Assembly (NCBI RefSeq): GCF_004010195.1
Contig: NC_057718.1
Location: 17,104,770 to 17,168,769, forward strand
Direction of reading: 5' to 3'
Source of the DNA: Chiloscyllium plagiosum
Taxonomy: Eukaryota
Length of the DNA: 64,000 nucleotides
Shown: one piece after another, positions 51,423 through 64,000 of the stretch
Layout of the letters: each line of letters begins with the position of its first letter
How positions within the stretch are numbered: position 1 is the first letter of the stretch
Made by a program: the position numbers and the translations under genes
The notes under the pieces: generated by a model
What the model was told of the DNA's origin: nothing
What the model saw: the letters and a program-made list of their open reading frames with translations, nothing else
Databases searched by the model: none

Positions 51423-54400
51423 GTCAACATTGCATGATGTTTCAATAAACACACTGGTTGGTAGCTCGTATTAATGCAGCATCCATATATCAAGTCCAGT
51501 CAGATACTGCAACAGGATCAAAGTCAGGGCTCTTTAAAAATTCAATCACAGGATGTAGGCATTGCTGGCTTGGCCAGCACTCATTATCCAGAGGACAGTT
51601 AAGAGTCAGTCACATCACTGTGGGTCTGGAGTCACATGTAGGCCAGGATAACAAGTAAGGACAGCAGTCTCCTTCCCTTAAGGGCATTAGTGAACCAGAT
51701 GGGTTCTTTTTTTCCAAACATTGGTTTCATGCTCATCATTAGATTCTTAATTCCTGATTTTTATTGAATTCAAATTCCACCATCTGCCATGACAAGATTT
51801 GAACCTAGGTCCCCAAAACATTAACTGGATTTTGATTTAACTAGTCTAGCAATAATAAGCATTCAACTATTATGTCGCCTAATTCCTCCATCTGATCTCC
51901 TTTGATGCAAGTTAATGATGGATTCCTAAGAAGCCCTAAAGCCAGTTGGTGAGTCTGTTACCAACATCACAGACAGTGTGGTACCACACAAAGAAAGCCA
52001 GGTTTCATCCTCGAATCATTTTCCAGACCCCAGTCAAACACTTTGAGCGAATTGACGGCAGATTTCATGCTGTCAGTGGGATACTGTTGAAATCCGGGGA
52101 TAAAATTCTGCGCCCTCCTTGGCAGGAATCCAAAGGTTGAATCAAGGGCTGTGGCTGAGGGAGGGAAAATGTGAGGGTGGCGTATAAAAATGTAATTACA
52201 ACTTCATGTTACGTCGCATAAGTATTTGGACAGCAAAGGAGGCGAATTCCAGCCCTAGATTGGACCAATTTGGCCACAGTAGCTGGTCAGCTTCATTAAG
52301 ACCCTCACTATGGATAGCAGGTGAGATTCTCCAGTCAGCCTGCAGTGTTACATCATGACTGGAAGTGGGGGTGGGTGGAGGGGGATGGCAGGAGAAGTGG
52401 GCCCTATGGGGGAGGTGAGAGAGGGAGACTGCAGTGGGTAGGCTTACATGCCCTACTGTCCATGAAGTAACTTGGTTATCTATTTCTGTTTCTCAGTTGA
52501 TGTTTTTGGTTAAATGTAGATGAGTCTACATGTTGACGTTCTTTCACACTTACCTTTCATTACAGCCTACTAGTTCTCTCAAGTGGTTAGGCCTCTTTCT
52601 GGTTGACCCTTCACCTTCTATAACCCACCCACCACCCTCAATTGGGCAAGCAGCCTGTCTCCATGTCAATTAAGGGGATGCCCAGTCAAACTTCCATCGA
52701 GCGAGTGCTTTCCTATTCCATCTCCCGCCCTTCCCCATGTCCCCGAGAGCAGAGTGGGATCTAGAGACAGACCCAGCTTCAGGATCCCATTCCTGAAAAT
52801 GAAAAGCCAGGCCTTTAGCACTGCAATTGACTGGTGACCTCTGAAAAAGAGCAACAAAGCACGCATTGGATAATCATGGCATTCGGGAGTTCAGCCCTGC
52901 ACTTCCTGGCTACCAATTGAGCTGTTGAGAAGTATTATTTTAGTAGTGGCCATTTGCTAAGCCACATCTACAGGGGGGAATCTTTAGCAGAGCAGTCCTG
53001 TTTCCCAGAAAGTTCCTGGGAACCATTTAACCTGACACATCCGCAATACAATAAAGGGGAATCTGACTTAATTCAGGTGACCTTAAGGTCACATAACGTG
53101 TATTCTTCCCACCATATTTGATATGTTTTGTCCTTGATTGTCCCCTAGAAAATGTGGTTATAAGTTACCAATTTCTAATCCAATGTGCAGGGCTGCCACC
53201 TTCTCCAATTGCCTTGGAAATGTTCTGAAATTGAAGATTAAGAGCTGAGATAGAAATAACCTTCAATGCAGAATTTTTAACACATTTCCTGGAAAGGTGA
53301 TGAAAACACATTGAGTAGTAACTTGTAAAATCCATAAATACTTGAAAAGGTACTGCTCCGGGCAGGAACATGGGTGGGACTAAAAGGAGACCTGTTTCAA
53401 AAAACTGGAGTTGGCACTACGGAGCCAATGGCCTTCATCTGTGCTACACTGTCACCCAATATTGGCCTGAGCTCAGTGGCTGCTGAGTGAGCAGCCCTGA
53501 GCAATGCTGTTCCCTCCTGTATGGCCAGTCAAAGTGGAATCTGCACATTGGAGAACTTTGCACCATTGTACTGCAGCCATGTTTAGCCAATAGAATGGAA
53601 GACAAACTCTTTGCGCAATGCTAGGCCCTCAGCTAAGTGCTCATGAGTGAATTCCACCCCATTTACTTTTAAATTACATTTAATAAACTTGTTTGGACAG
53701 TCCATGGCACACTCCAGGATAGGTGGGACATGAACCCAGACCTTTGCAACCTAACGGTAAGGACACTACCACCCTCCCATTGCCAAGACTACATTGAAAT
53801 AAAGCTGAGACCAATGAAGTTTCAGTTTTTTTATTGTACACCCCGGAGCTTACCCCAGTGAATACCTGTACAGGTATAGTCGAGGTAGAATGAGGAGTGC
53901 CTGTGATTTCTTTGTAAATATGCTCTGCCAACAAATTGGTTCCACATCAGAAGCCTGAGACAGAAACTCTTCCCTTGTGCCTTCCAATGTATATCACTTA
54001 ACCTACATTCACCAAAAGAAAGGTTAGATTATCTGCTCACCACCAGATTGCTGTTTGTGGGACCCTACTACTTTTTATCATTTCCATTTTGTTTCTTCCT
54101 TCTCTCCATCACCCTTTATCCCTAATTCTTAAAACACTTGCAAATCAGATTACGTCTCAGCAGACTACAGTTCCCAGCGTGTTGAAGTAGGCATTAGTAT
54201 ATGTATCACATGCACGCACTGTTTTTACAAGTACATCTCATTCAGGAACTGTAAAGAGAAGCAATTCCACTTATCCACATGCTTCCTTGAAATGAGCTGC
54301 AGGAACCACATTAATAGGGGTTCATCTGAAACATAATGCTGTTGTTGTTGTAATAAAACAATGGGTTCAGGTGACAAATGTAGCATTATTAAAATATGTT

Positions 54401-55704
54401 CAGGATATGGTTCCAGGTAATTCCTTTTGTTTTCAGCCTTGCGTTTTGTTTCAATATTCATTCATGGGATAAGGGTGTCACTGGCTAGGCCAGCATTTAT
54501 TACCTATCCCTGATTACACTGATTAAAGACATTGCCTGACCTGTTGCTGCCTTAATAAACTGTGTTACTTCATGATCATGTATTTGCTGTATGATATAAG
54601 ATATAGGAACAGAATTAGGCCTATTGAATCTGTTCTGGCTTTCAATCATGGCTGATGTTTCTCACCCCATTTTCTCTTGCCTTCTCCCTGTAATCTTTGA
54701 TCTCCTTACCAATCAAAAATTCGGAGATTACACTGAAAATATAATGCAAATTTACCGGAACAATGTGTCTGAAGTGACAGATTTCATAGAATAGAACATT
54801 ACAAGGAAAAGAGGCTATTGAGTCCATCACATCCATGCTGTTTTCTTTCAAAGAGCAATCAGTTTCCTTTGCTCTTTTCCGAGAACGTACCACCCTTTAT
54901 CCCTCATCTTAGGGCAGGATCAGAGTATTGTGAAAAATACCCGTGCCAGAATTATTCACATCCTTTCTCTTTCAAACACTAACTTTTTTCAGGCACTTGA
55001 TTTTCAATTTCAGAATCTTCAAGTTTGAAGCTTCCACATGAACAGCTTTTAGTCAAAATGGTAAAAATAAGAAAGGAGACTGAATACAGTGTTTGCATAA
55101 TATTTCCATTGTTGGATTAAAGAAAAGGATGAACGATAAAGATATGCAGAATGCATTGTGGTGAAGAATGTTGTCTCCTCCCAGTACATTCATGAAAACG
55201 ATACTGCCGGTTTAATGTCGATATACTTTAATGTTACTCTAATGGATCCATTAGAGATGCTCAGACAGCTGGTGAGAGTTGGGTCTCAGTTAATCAGTCA
55301 GTCTGTACTTCAAAGAGTTGGTGAGTTTTGAGGTCAAGTTACTGACACTGACGTTTGTAACAGATGAGCTCAGTGCTCTGCTGAAATTCCACTCTGATTT
55401 CTTTAAGCGTATTGATTACCCTGTTTGCTGTAAATGTGTACGCAAATATATTCAGTAATGTATTTGTAAAAGCAGTACAATGCATTCATTTAAATCATTA
55501 CCATGGGTAGTTATCCCTCAGTGAAGTTTGACCACATTCATCTTGACTACATCTGTCTAGTCAGTGGAATTTAATTTATTGTTGGATGCTGGCTTTGCAT
55601 TAAATTTCTTAGGTACAATACTAACTGGCCCAACTGGTCTTTACAGGTGTCTATGTTCAGGCATCCTCTTACCCTGACGATATATTCTTCTTTTTCTTTC
55701 ACAA

Positions 55705-55870
55705 TTACAACATTTAAAAAGCATCTGGATGGGTATATGAATAGGAAGGGTCTAGAGGGATATGGGTCAAGTGCTGACAAATGGGACTAGATTAATTTAG
55801 GATATCTGGTTGGCATGGACGAGTTAGACCGAAGAGTCTGTTTCCATGCTGTACATCTCTATGACTGTAT
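55705..55870 (+). mobile_element. CR1 (HER1-like) extreme 3' tail
   Basis: 'catttaaaaagcatctggatgggtatatgaataggaaggg...tctgtttccatgctgtacatctctatgac'; shorter copy at 16665-16718. Confidence 0.8.
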
Positions 55871-56099
55871 AGAGCTTCCTCTTAAATATGTCTGTGCTGT
55901 TTGCCTCAGCAAAGTCTGATAATATTGAATTCAGCACTCATTATAAACTCTACCTGATTCTCTGTGTCATTGAAGTAAACAGAGGGAAAATGTCTAGCTT
56001 GTGGCTGATTTGATGGGACTAGTACCAGCACCCAATTGTAAAATGCCCCTTGTTATTCTTTACCTTATTATTTTTATCCTAGTAACTAACAGATAGGTG

Positions 56100-56288
56100 G
56101 AAGTGGGTACTGCAGATGCTGGAGATTACAGTCAAGATTAGAGTGGTGCTGGAAAAGCAGAGCAGGTCAGGCAGCATCCGAGGAGCAGGAAAATCGACAT
56201 TTCGGGCCTGATTAGGGGCTTTTGCTGGAAATGTCAATTTTCCTGCACCTCAGACGCTGCCTGACCTGCTGTGCTTTTCCAGCATCAC
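56100..56288. mobile_element. PLE inverted-repeat element
   Basis: Perfect 15-bp TSD actaacagataggtg (56085-56099 / 56289-56303); inverted arms. Confidence 0.82.
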
Positions 56289-58237
56289 ACTAACAGATAG
56301 GTGTCATGTTTTCAAAACAAGCTTTTACTGTATGCTAGAGACTGATCAGATGCAAAGCCTGCTGGAGTGACTATAATGTAGCTTTTGTCTGTGCAGTCAA
56401 TCTCAGCAATACTCATACAGACTCTAGGGGCACTGCAGAAAACTTCAAAAGCCACAGATTTCAAAAGTTGGAATGCCATTATATGAACGAAAATATTTGA
56501 TGTACAGTGAAAAGCAGGTTTCATCCTCATTTTCTACTAAGCATATAACCAAAAGAACAAATGCAAAACTTGTATCTGATCACTGCTGATCATTGCGTAG
56601 AAGATAGAGCAGTTGAATACTGTGGTTTCTGCTCGGGAATACTGCATGAAATGTATAGAGATATTTAACAAGAGCTGTAATGGTTGCCTGTATTACTGGG
56701 CCTGTATCAACGTGCATGTGTAGAATTATAGTTATATCCTATAAACATTGGAAATAGAGCAATACATTTTTTCACAAAGCAGTTTGGTCATGTGAGTTGG
56801 TGGCCAATGGATTTGAGAACATATCCTCGATGGTATAAATGACAATGAGCATTTAAACTAAGAAATATAAAGGAAAAAAATGTTTATGGGCTATTCAACC
56901 CCGAAAAGCACAATAGCTAATAAGTTGTCAGGCAAGTTAACATTTTACAAATCAAGACAATAAAAACTCACATGTATACAGTGTGTTTAATGTCGTAATA
57001 TGTTTCACAGAAGCACTATCAAAGAAAATGGGACACGGAGCCACAGAAGAAAACAGCAGGACAGGTGACAAAACAACCTGGTTCTTAAACAAATAGGTTT
57101 TAGGAAGTGTCATAAAGTTGGAGAGGTATAGGAGGGCATTCCATAGTATAGGACCTGGGCAGCTGAAGGCACTGCCACCAATGATGGGAGCATAAAAATT
57201 GGAGATATGCCAGAGGCCAGAATGGAGCTTTTCAGTAAATCTTGGGAATCACTCTCTGTATCCCTATGTAACATATTGTGCTGCGAGAGAAGCTCGTACA
57301 TAAGGCATTGAAATAACTACTTGCCTACATTAATCATCTGGTACATTGGATTTTCCATTTGAAAAATAATGTAGTAACAGGAGTGAAGTAAGGGGAAAGT
57401 ATAATACCCAGGAGTGAATGCACATTGTAATCCAAGTGTAACTATCAGTACAAAGCAGGTCTGTAAGGCTCATAGCTTCTAAATGCTAATTAAGTTGACT
57501 ATTTTGAGGTCACTACAGTGAGCTTCTTTTGAAGAATATAAATTGATATTTGCTTGTGGAGTTATGAGTTGGATCTGTGCTTTTTATTTTTGAGTGGAAT
57601 GTCCATAAGGGTGACTGAAACTGTTGTTGATCTCCAAAAACGGTTACTCCAGCCTAGTCCTTCTATTGTCACATTCCATAAAAATCTACACATTCAAACT
57701 GTAGCTGCTTACCTCACACTGCATATACCGCCCTCATAAATCTGCAAACCCAACAAATAGAAAGAAGAATGGTTATTTTCAGAGAGACCTAGGACCAGTT
57801 ATAACCTCGAGTGGATTTCAAAGAGGAAAAATAGAGTAAGACAAATGAAAACTGTGAATTTGAATAAAGCTTGTATAAAAATAATGATGCTAATCAATGT
57901 ATTATTATTAAAGTTATCAGTAAAGACATGTTCAATCTATGGTTTCAGACACATTATGACACACGGCTAGAGCAGGTGGGCAGTTCTAACTCCTAAAGCT
58001 TGTAAAAATTTAGCAAAATAAGAAAGGATTGGGTTGTGTTCATTGATAACATGTTAAAATCATCCAATTAACATGCAGTGGTCATCAATCAGGGCAATTA
58101 GTGTGTATCAAATTACCATCAGAAGAAGTAACACTAGATATTGTATGGCTCAATACCGAGGCCCGTTCTGGAATGTTCCAGGCACCTTTTAGTTACATAG
58201 CCAAAAAAGGAAGTATTTGTTACACAAAGCAACTGAG

Positions 58238-58536
58238 TGTGGCATGGTGGCTCAGTGGTTAGTGCTGCTGCCTCACAGTGTCAGGGACCCAGGTTCGATT
58301 CCACCCTCAGTTAACTGTCTGTGTGGAGTTTGCACATCCTTCCTTAAATTCTCCAAAGATGTGCACGTTAGTTGGATTGGCTATGTTAAATTGCCCATGG
58401 TGTTCAGGGATGTGCAGGCTAGGTGGATTTGCCATGGGGAAATGTAGGGCTACAGGGTTGGGTGGGATGGTCTTCAGAGGGTCAGTGTGGACTTGGTGGG
58501 CTAAATAGCCTGGTTCCACACTGCAAGGATTCTATG
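58238..58536 (+). mobile_element. HE1 SINE
   Basis: HE1 motifs. Confidence 0.85.
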
Positions 58537-58679
58537 TAAGCCAGGTAGGGGGATTTGCTGCATTTGCTACAGTCAATTACAGATAGGACACAATATGTGA
58601 ACCTGGGGGTGAACAGTAGCAGTGGGTTAAATACCTGAGGAGTGGGATCAGTCAGTGTGAACCTACGAGTGATCAGCAG

Positions 58680-61282
58680 TGGCAGATTTTGATTTGTCAC
58701 ATTGTTAGGGGACACAGACAGGCATTTCAGTGGCCATAAATGAGACTCTACAAGTTACCTCCCTCTATCCAGGGTCAATGGTGCCTCTGAGTGGGCTCAG
58801 GATATCCTGAACAGGGAGAGTGAGTTGTGGTCCATATTGGTACCAATGACTTAGGCAGAAGGAGTGATGAGGTTCCGCAAAGCGAGTTCAGTGACTTGGA
58901 TAGGAAGTTGAAAAGCAGGACCTCTAGAATTGTAATCCCAGGATTACGTCTTGTACCACATGCCAGTAGGCTAGGAATAGGAAGATGATATAGTTAAATG
59001 CATTGCTAAAGAGCTAGTATAGGATGGAGAGTTTCAGGTATGTGGCAGGTGGGACCTGTACAAGAAGGACAGGTTGCCCCTAAACTGGAGGAGCATCAAT
59101 ATCCAGGCAGGGAGATTTGTTAGTGCCACTCAGGAGGGTTTAGAGTGGTAGGGGCAGGAACCAGAGTGGTAGGTCAGCAAGTTAAGTGACTGAAGAGGAG
59201 TCTGAGACTGAGACCAGTAATGCTAAGAGAAAGAACAGACAGGGAGAGGTTGCTGAACACGACAGGCCTGGCTCTGAGGTCTGTTCGTTTTAATGCAAGG
59301 AGTATGAGAGGTAAGGCAGAGGAACTTAGAGTTGGATTAGTAAATATAACTGTGATGTTATAGATATTATGGAGACTGGGGTAAGAGACGGACAAGACTG
59401 GCAGCTAAACGTTCCGGGCTTTAGATGTTTCAGGTGAGATAGAGATGTAAAAAGAAGTGGGGAAGTTGCATTCTTGGTTAGGGAGAGCATCACAGCTGTA
59501 CTGAGGGAGGACACCTTGAGGAGCTCATCCAACCAGGCCATATGGGAACAGGAATAAGAAGGATGTAATCACTGCCAGCAGATGACAGAAAGAAAACTAA
59601 GGAAGGGGCCATACTAAAAGTAGAATTGAGGACTGAGCCTGGCCAGGGAATCAAAGTTTCAGTGGAGGCCCATTTTGGGAACAGTGACCATAATTCTGTA
59701 AGTTTTAAGTAACTTATGGATAAGGATAAGAGTAGTCCTTGGGTGAAAGTACTATAGTTGGGGGAAGCCTAACTATCACAATATTAGACAGGAACTGGGG
59801 AATGTACATTGCGGGCAGCTGTTTGAGGGTAAATCAACATCTGGCATATGGGAATTTTTTTAAGGCCTGTTTGATTAGATTTCAGTATCAGCATGTTCCT
59901 GTGCAAATGAAGGATAAGCATGGAAAGATTTGGGAAGGTTGGATGACGAGAGAAATTGACAGCTTAATCAAAAAGGAAAAAAGCAGGCATGCAGAAGATT
60001 TAGGAAACTGAAGACAGACAGAGCTCTTGAAGAATACAAAAACAGCAGCAAAGAACTCAAACAAGGAATTGGCAGGGCTAAAAGGGGCAATGAGATATCT
60101 TTGGAAAACAGGTTAAGGAAAACACCGAGGTGTTTTATGTATTGACAAGGAGCATGGAGATAGCTAGGGAAAGAGTTAGTCCACTCAAGAACAAGGGAGG
60201 GAATTTATGTATGGAACTGGAGGAAGTGGGTGAGGTCCTGAACAAATACTTTACAATTAGTATTCACAAAGGAGAAGGACATGGTGGAGGGGGAGCTCTG
60301 GGAGGGCTATGTTGATATGCTGGGGCATGTCGATATAAAAAAGGACGTAGCGTTTTTGGGTGTTTTGAAAAACATTAAGATAGACAAGTCCCCAGGATCT
60401 AATTGGATCTATCTCAGAATGCTCAGCAAAGCAGATGAAGAAATTGCTGGGGCCTTGTATGAAATCTTTGTATCCTCTTTACTCACGGGAGAGATTTCAG
60501 AGGACTGGAGAACAGCCTTTGTTTAAGGAGGGCAACAAGAATAATCTGGAAATTATCGACTGGTGATTCTTATGTCAGTGGCAGGGAAATTATTGGAGAA
60601 GATTCTTAGTGACAGGATTTACTCATATTTCAAAAAGTACAGACTCATTAGCAACAGGCAGCATGGCTTTGTGTAGGGAAGGTCATGTCTCACAAACCTG
60701 ATTGAGCTTTGCAAGGAAGTGACAAAGATAATTGAAGAGGGTGATAGATGTTGTCTGTATGAAGTTTAGCAAGACCTTTGACAAGGTCCCTCACAGCAGG
60801 CTGTTACAAAGATGAAGTCACATGGGATCAGTGAGCTGGTAAGATGGATACAGAATTGTCATGGTCATAGCAGGCAGACAGAAGCAGCAGGAAGATGTTT
60901 TTCTGACTGGAGATCAGTGACCTGTGGTGTTCCTCAGGGATCAGTGCTGGGATGCCTGTTGTTTGTAATATTAATAAATGATCTGGAGGAGAATGTAGCT
61001 GGCCTGATTAGTAAGTTTGCAGATGACACAAAGTTTGGGGGGAGCTGCAGATAGTGAGTGATTGCCAGAGGATACAGCAGGATTTACATAGACTGGAGAT
61101 ATGGGTGGAGAAGTTATAGATGGAGTTTAGTCTGGGCAAATGTGAGGTGATGCATTTTGAAAGAGTTAATGCAGGAGGGAAATGTACAGTAATTGGCAGT
61201 ATCACTCAATGCATCAACATATACAACAATCTAACGGTACGCATCCACAGTTCCCTGAGATTGGCAACACAAATGGATAAAA
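58680..61282 (+). mobile_element. Long degraded CR1 LINE: ORF1 SGNH-esterase remnant, APE endonuclease, RT
   Basis: VVVHIGTNDLGRRSDE (~58822), FNARSM (~59288), [26 protein letters not shown]...ISKFADDTK. Confidence 0.92.
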
Positions 61283-62523
61283 TGGGTTTTAAACTTACAA
61301 ACAGATAGATGGGTCCCTGGGGAACAGAACAGAGAAAAACAAAATTTGCATCCCTGGACCCTAACTACCCACGTTCAGTTTTAATGGAATGAGCAAGCAA
61401 CCCATTCAAATAGTTTAATGATGTCACGTGCTCAGGTGTTACCTCCATTTGACACCTTATAGCAGCCAGTTGAGTTTCTTGTCTCGCAGTAATCCCAGCA
61501 GTTTAAAAGAAAGACGAGGAACTGTGCGCTCCAATCAATTGTTCAGTCCAACATCTCCTTTACTGTATTGCTTGAACCTGGAATTGTAAAGTTAAAGATT
61601 TTGCAAGGAGCTGCCTGAGAGGCAATGGGAAATGGGTGGGAGAGGGGAACTGCAGATGGGGCTGTGACCGTGAGTGGGGGAATAACAGTCAGGCTGCCAA
61701 CTTATTCCATCCAGGTTTCATTTTATTTCATGTTTCAAAAAGAAAGTGCCTTTTTTACCATTTTATGTTTATGTCTCCCTGAAAAATAAAAACCTGATCA
61801 TTTTCATTTCAATGGTGAGGTAACAGCGCGGGCAGAAAGTTTTGGAACACAAAGCCCCATGGATTATTTTCTTGAAATTAAAGGGGGTAGAATAAGACAG
61901 AGGGTTAAGAGAGTTGGGCGGGGTAGATAGAAGGGGATAGGGTTGCAAAAGAAGTAGGTGAGAGAGAAAGAGGGAAAAGGATAAGAATGTTGGAAAGGAC
62001 ATGGGCAGACGGAGAGAAGTAAAACAGGCTGTGAGAGGGAAACTCCAGCCTGACAGTCACCTCACCTCCAAGCCCGACTCTCAGGGGAAGGTCTCCAAAG
62101 GCTGGCTCAGAGTACGCCCTCCAGAGTACGCATTGATTAAATCTAACTCCTCAGTTCAGTGCCAGTCACCACCCCATTCCCTTTGCTTTCCCTCTTTAGC
62201 TCTGTTTCCTAACCAAAATGCAGAAATTGGTTCTATCGATAAGCTTTGCTGTTTTGCACATTTTAACGGTCATTTCTAATAAGTACTCATGGACCTGATC
62301 AATTTATTACTTTTGATTTTTTTTGGTGAAATTCTTGTTTACTGTCATGGCACCTTTCTGAAATTTGCTCATCGGCTCCCAAGGAAGAGAAAACTGAAAT
62401 GTGACTGCCACCAACACGCAGCCATGCAAAACTGTTGGCCGTCACTGTGCTAGAGGGACAGCGGTGCAGTGTTCATGTTCAATACATTTGCAATTCAGAG
62501 GACAGTGCCAATATTCCAGAGAG

Positions 62524-62940
62524 GAAAAAGTGAGGTCTGCAGATGCTTGAAACCAGAGTTTATATCAGAGTGGTGCTGGAAGAGCACAGCAGGTCAGGCA
62601 GCATCTGAGGAGCAGGAGAATCAACATTTTGGGCATAAGCCCTTCAGCAGGAATATTCCAGAGATCCAGGTTCACATTCCAGCATGGTCAGGCATCTGTA
62701 CTGAAAACAACAAATGCTGGAAATCACAGCAGGTCAGACAGTATCCATGGAGAGAGAGCAAACTAACGTTTCAAGTCTAGATGGCTCTTCATCAAAGCTG
62801 AGGGGAAGTGTGATGCTCTGATGAAGAGTCATCTAGACTGGAAATGTTAGTTTGCTCTCTCTCCTTGGATGCTGTTGGACCTGCTGTGATCTCCAGCATT
62901 TGTTGTCTTCAGTACAGATTCCAGCATCTGTAGTAATTTG
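62524..62940. mobile_element. Two adjacent PLE terminal-repeat elements (62524-62654; inverted pair 62693-62797 / 62815-62940)
   Basis: Inverted arms with degenerate hammerhead GCU-CUGAUGA-A-GAGUC(AUCUA)GACUG-GAA-AUGU-U-AGU at 62815-62851. Confidence 0.75.
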
Positions 62941-64000
62941 TTAATTAAACTTCCAGCATGGTAGATGATGGAACATCAGTTCAATTTGTGAATTAAACCT
63001 GGAATTAGGAAGCTGCGGTCAATGATAATGAAACTAGCAATTGTTGTAAAAATTCATTGACCAGAAGATGTAGGAGTACGAAAAGGACATTTGGCCTATT
63101 GCGTCTGATCATAGATCATTGTGGGCGGCACCATGGCACAGTGGTTAGCACTGCTGCCTCACAGTGCCAGAGACCCGGGTTCAATTCCCGCCTCAGGCGA
63201 CTGACTGTGTGGAGTTTGCACATTCTCCCCGTGTCTGCGTGGGTTTCCTCCGGGTGCTCCGGTTTCCCCCCACAGTCCAAAAATGTACAGGTTAGGTGAA
63301 TTGACTATGCTAAAATTGCCTGTAGTGTTAGGTGCAGGGGTAAATGTAGGGGAATGGGTCTGGGTGGGTGTGCTTCAGCGGGTCGGTGTGGACTTGTTGG
63401 GCCTGTTTCTACACTGTAAGTAATCTAATCATAACTATTCTGATATTCCTCAACATCACTTTTCTTATCAGCTTAACCCTTGATTCCCTCACTGACTAAA
63501 AGTCTGTCCATATCAGCCTTGAATATACCTAATACCCAGTCCTAACAACCCTCTAAAATAAAGAATTCCACAGATTTATTCCCTCTGAGAGCAAAACAAA
63601 TCCTCCTTATCTCGTTGTCTTCAGTACAGATTCCAGCATCTGTAGTAATTTGTTAATTAAACTTCCAGCATGGTAGATGATGGAACATCAGTTCAATTTG
63701 TGAATTAAACCTGGAATTAGGAAGCTGCGGTCAATGATAATGAAACTAGCAATTGTTGTAAAATTCATTGACCAGAAGATGTAGGAATATGAAAAGGACA
63801 TTTGGCTTATTGCGTCTGATCATAGATCATAGTGGGCGGCACCATGGCACAGTGGTTAGCACTGCTGCCTCACAGCGCCAGAGACCCGGATTCAATTCTC
63901 GCCTCAGGCGACTGACTGTGTGGAGTTTGCACATTCTCCCCGTGGGTTTCCTCCGGGTGCTCCGGTTTCCTCCCACAGTCCAAAAATGTGCAGGTTAGGT
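62902..64000 (+). repeat. Tandem duplication, 712-bp period, each unit containing an HE1 SINE (63123-63430; 63833-end)
   Basis: 63614-64000 repeats 62902-~63297 with about 10 differences. Confidence 0.9.

Noticed and set aside
56100..56288. Palindromic elements as DNA-transposon MITEs or miRNA hairpins
   Set aside because: Arms are asymmetric, TSDs are long, and related repeats adjoin GIY-YIG coding sequence at 33770-34232, so they are PLE-derived.
236..63998. Recurring short ORFs (MWKQAL.., MVAQWLALL.., MLPDLL.FSST)
   Set aside because: Translations of HE1 and PLE repeats, not genes.
1..64000. CRISPR arrays, rRNA genes, operon-like prokaryotic systems or endogenous viral genes
   Set aside because: No regularly spaced repeats, rRNA similarity or viral ORFs seen; the sequence is eukaryotic intron and intergenic DNA.

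Overview
Vertebrate genomic DNA, almost certainly a shark or other elasmobranch: it carries about 19 HE1-type tRNA-derived SINEs, some with (TAATC)n tails. A carpet or bamboo shark is an inference. The only host gene I can support is the 3' part of a PLD5-like (inactive phospholipase D family) gene on the + strand. It has five exons (7377-7574, 8012-8151, 16360-16525, 20488-20587, 49196-49431) with canonical AG/GT junctions that splice in frame to 840 nt (279 aa + stop), and a 28.6-kb last intron. The 5' exons lie outside the window. The rest is mostly retroelement debris: CR1 LINEs, a tRNA-headed ORF1-less LINE with short derivatives, DeuSINE-like SINEs, several Penelope-like element (PLE) families, a solo LTR and a Tc1/mariner-type MITE. 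Most short ORFs in the track are translations of these repeats. The most notable signals are: (1) minimal hammerhead-ribozyme cores in at least four PLE terminal-repeat families, including a perfect 77-bp inverted repeat with two intact cores; (2) a LINE with a Pol III-like tRNA head whose head and tail are fused in short non-autonomous copies; (3) a PLD pseudo-enzyme mixing PLD5 and PLD3/4 features. I cannot show from the sequence alone that any of this is previously undescribed. Repeat boundaries are approximate unless a target-site duplication (TSD) is given.
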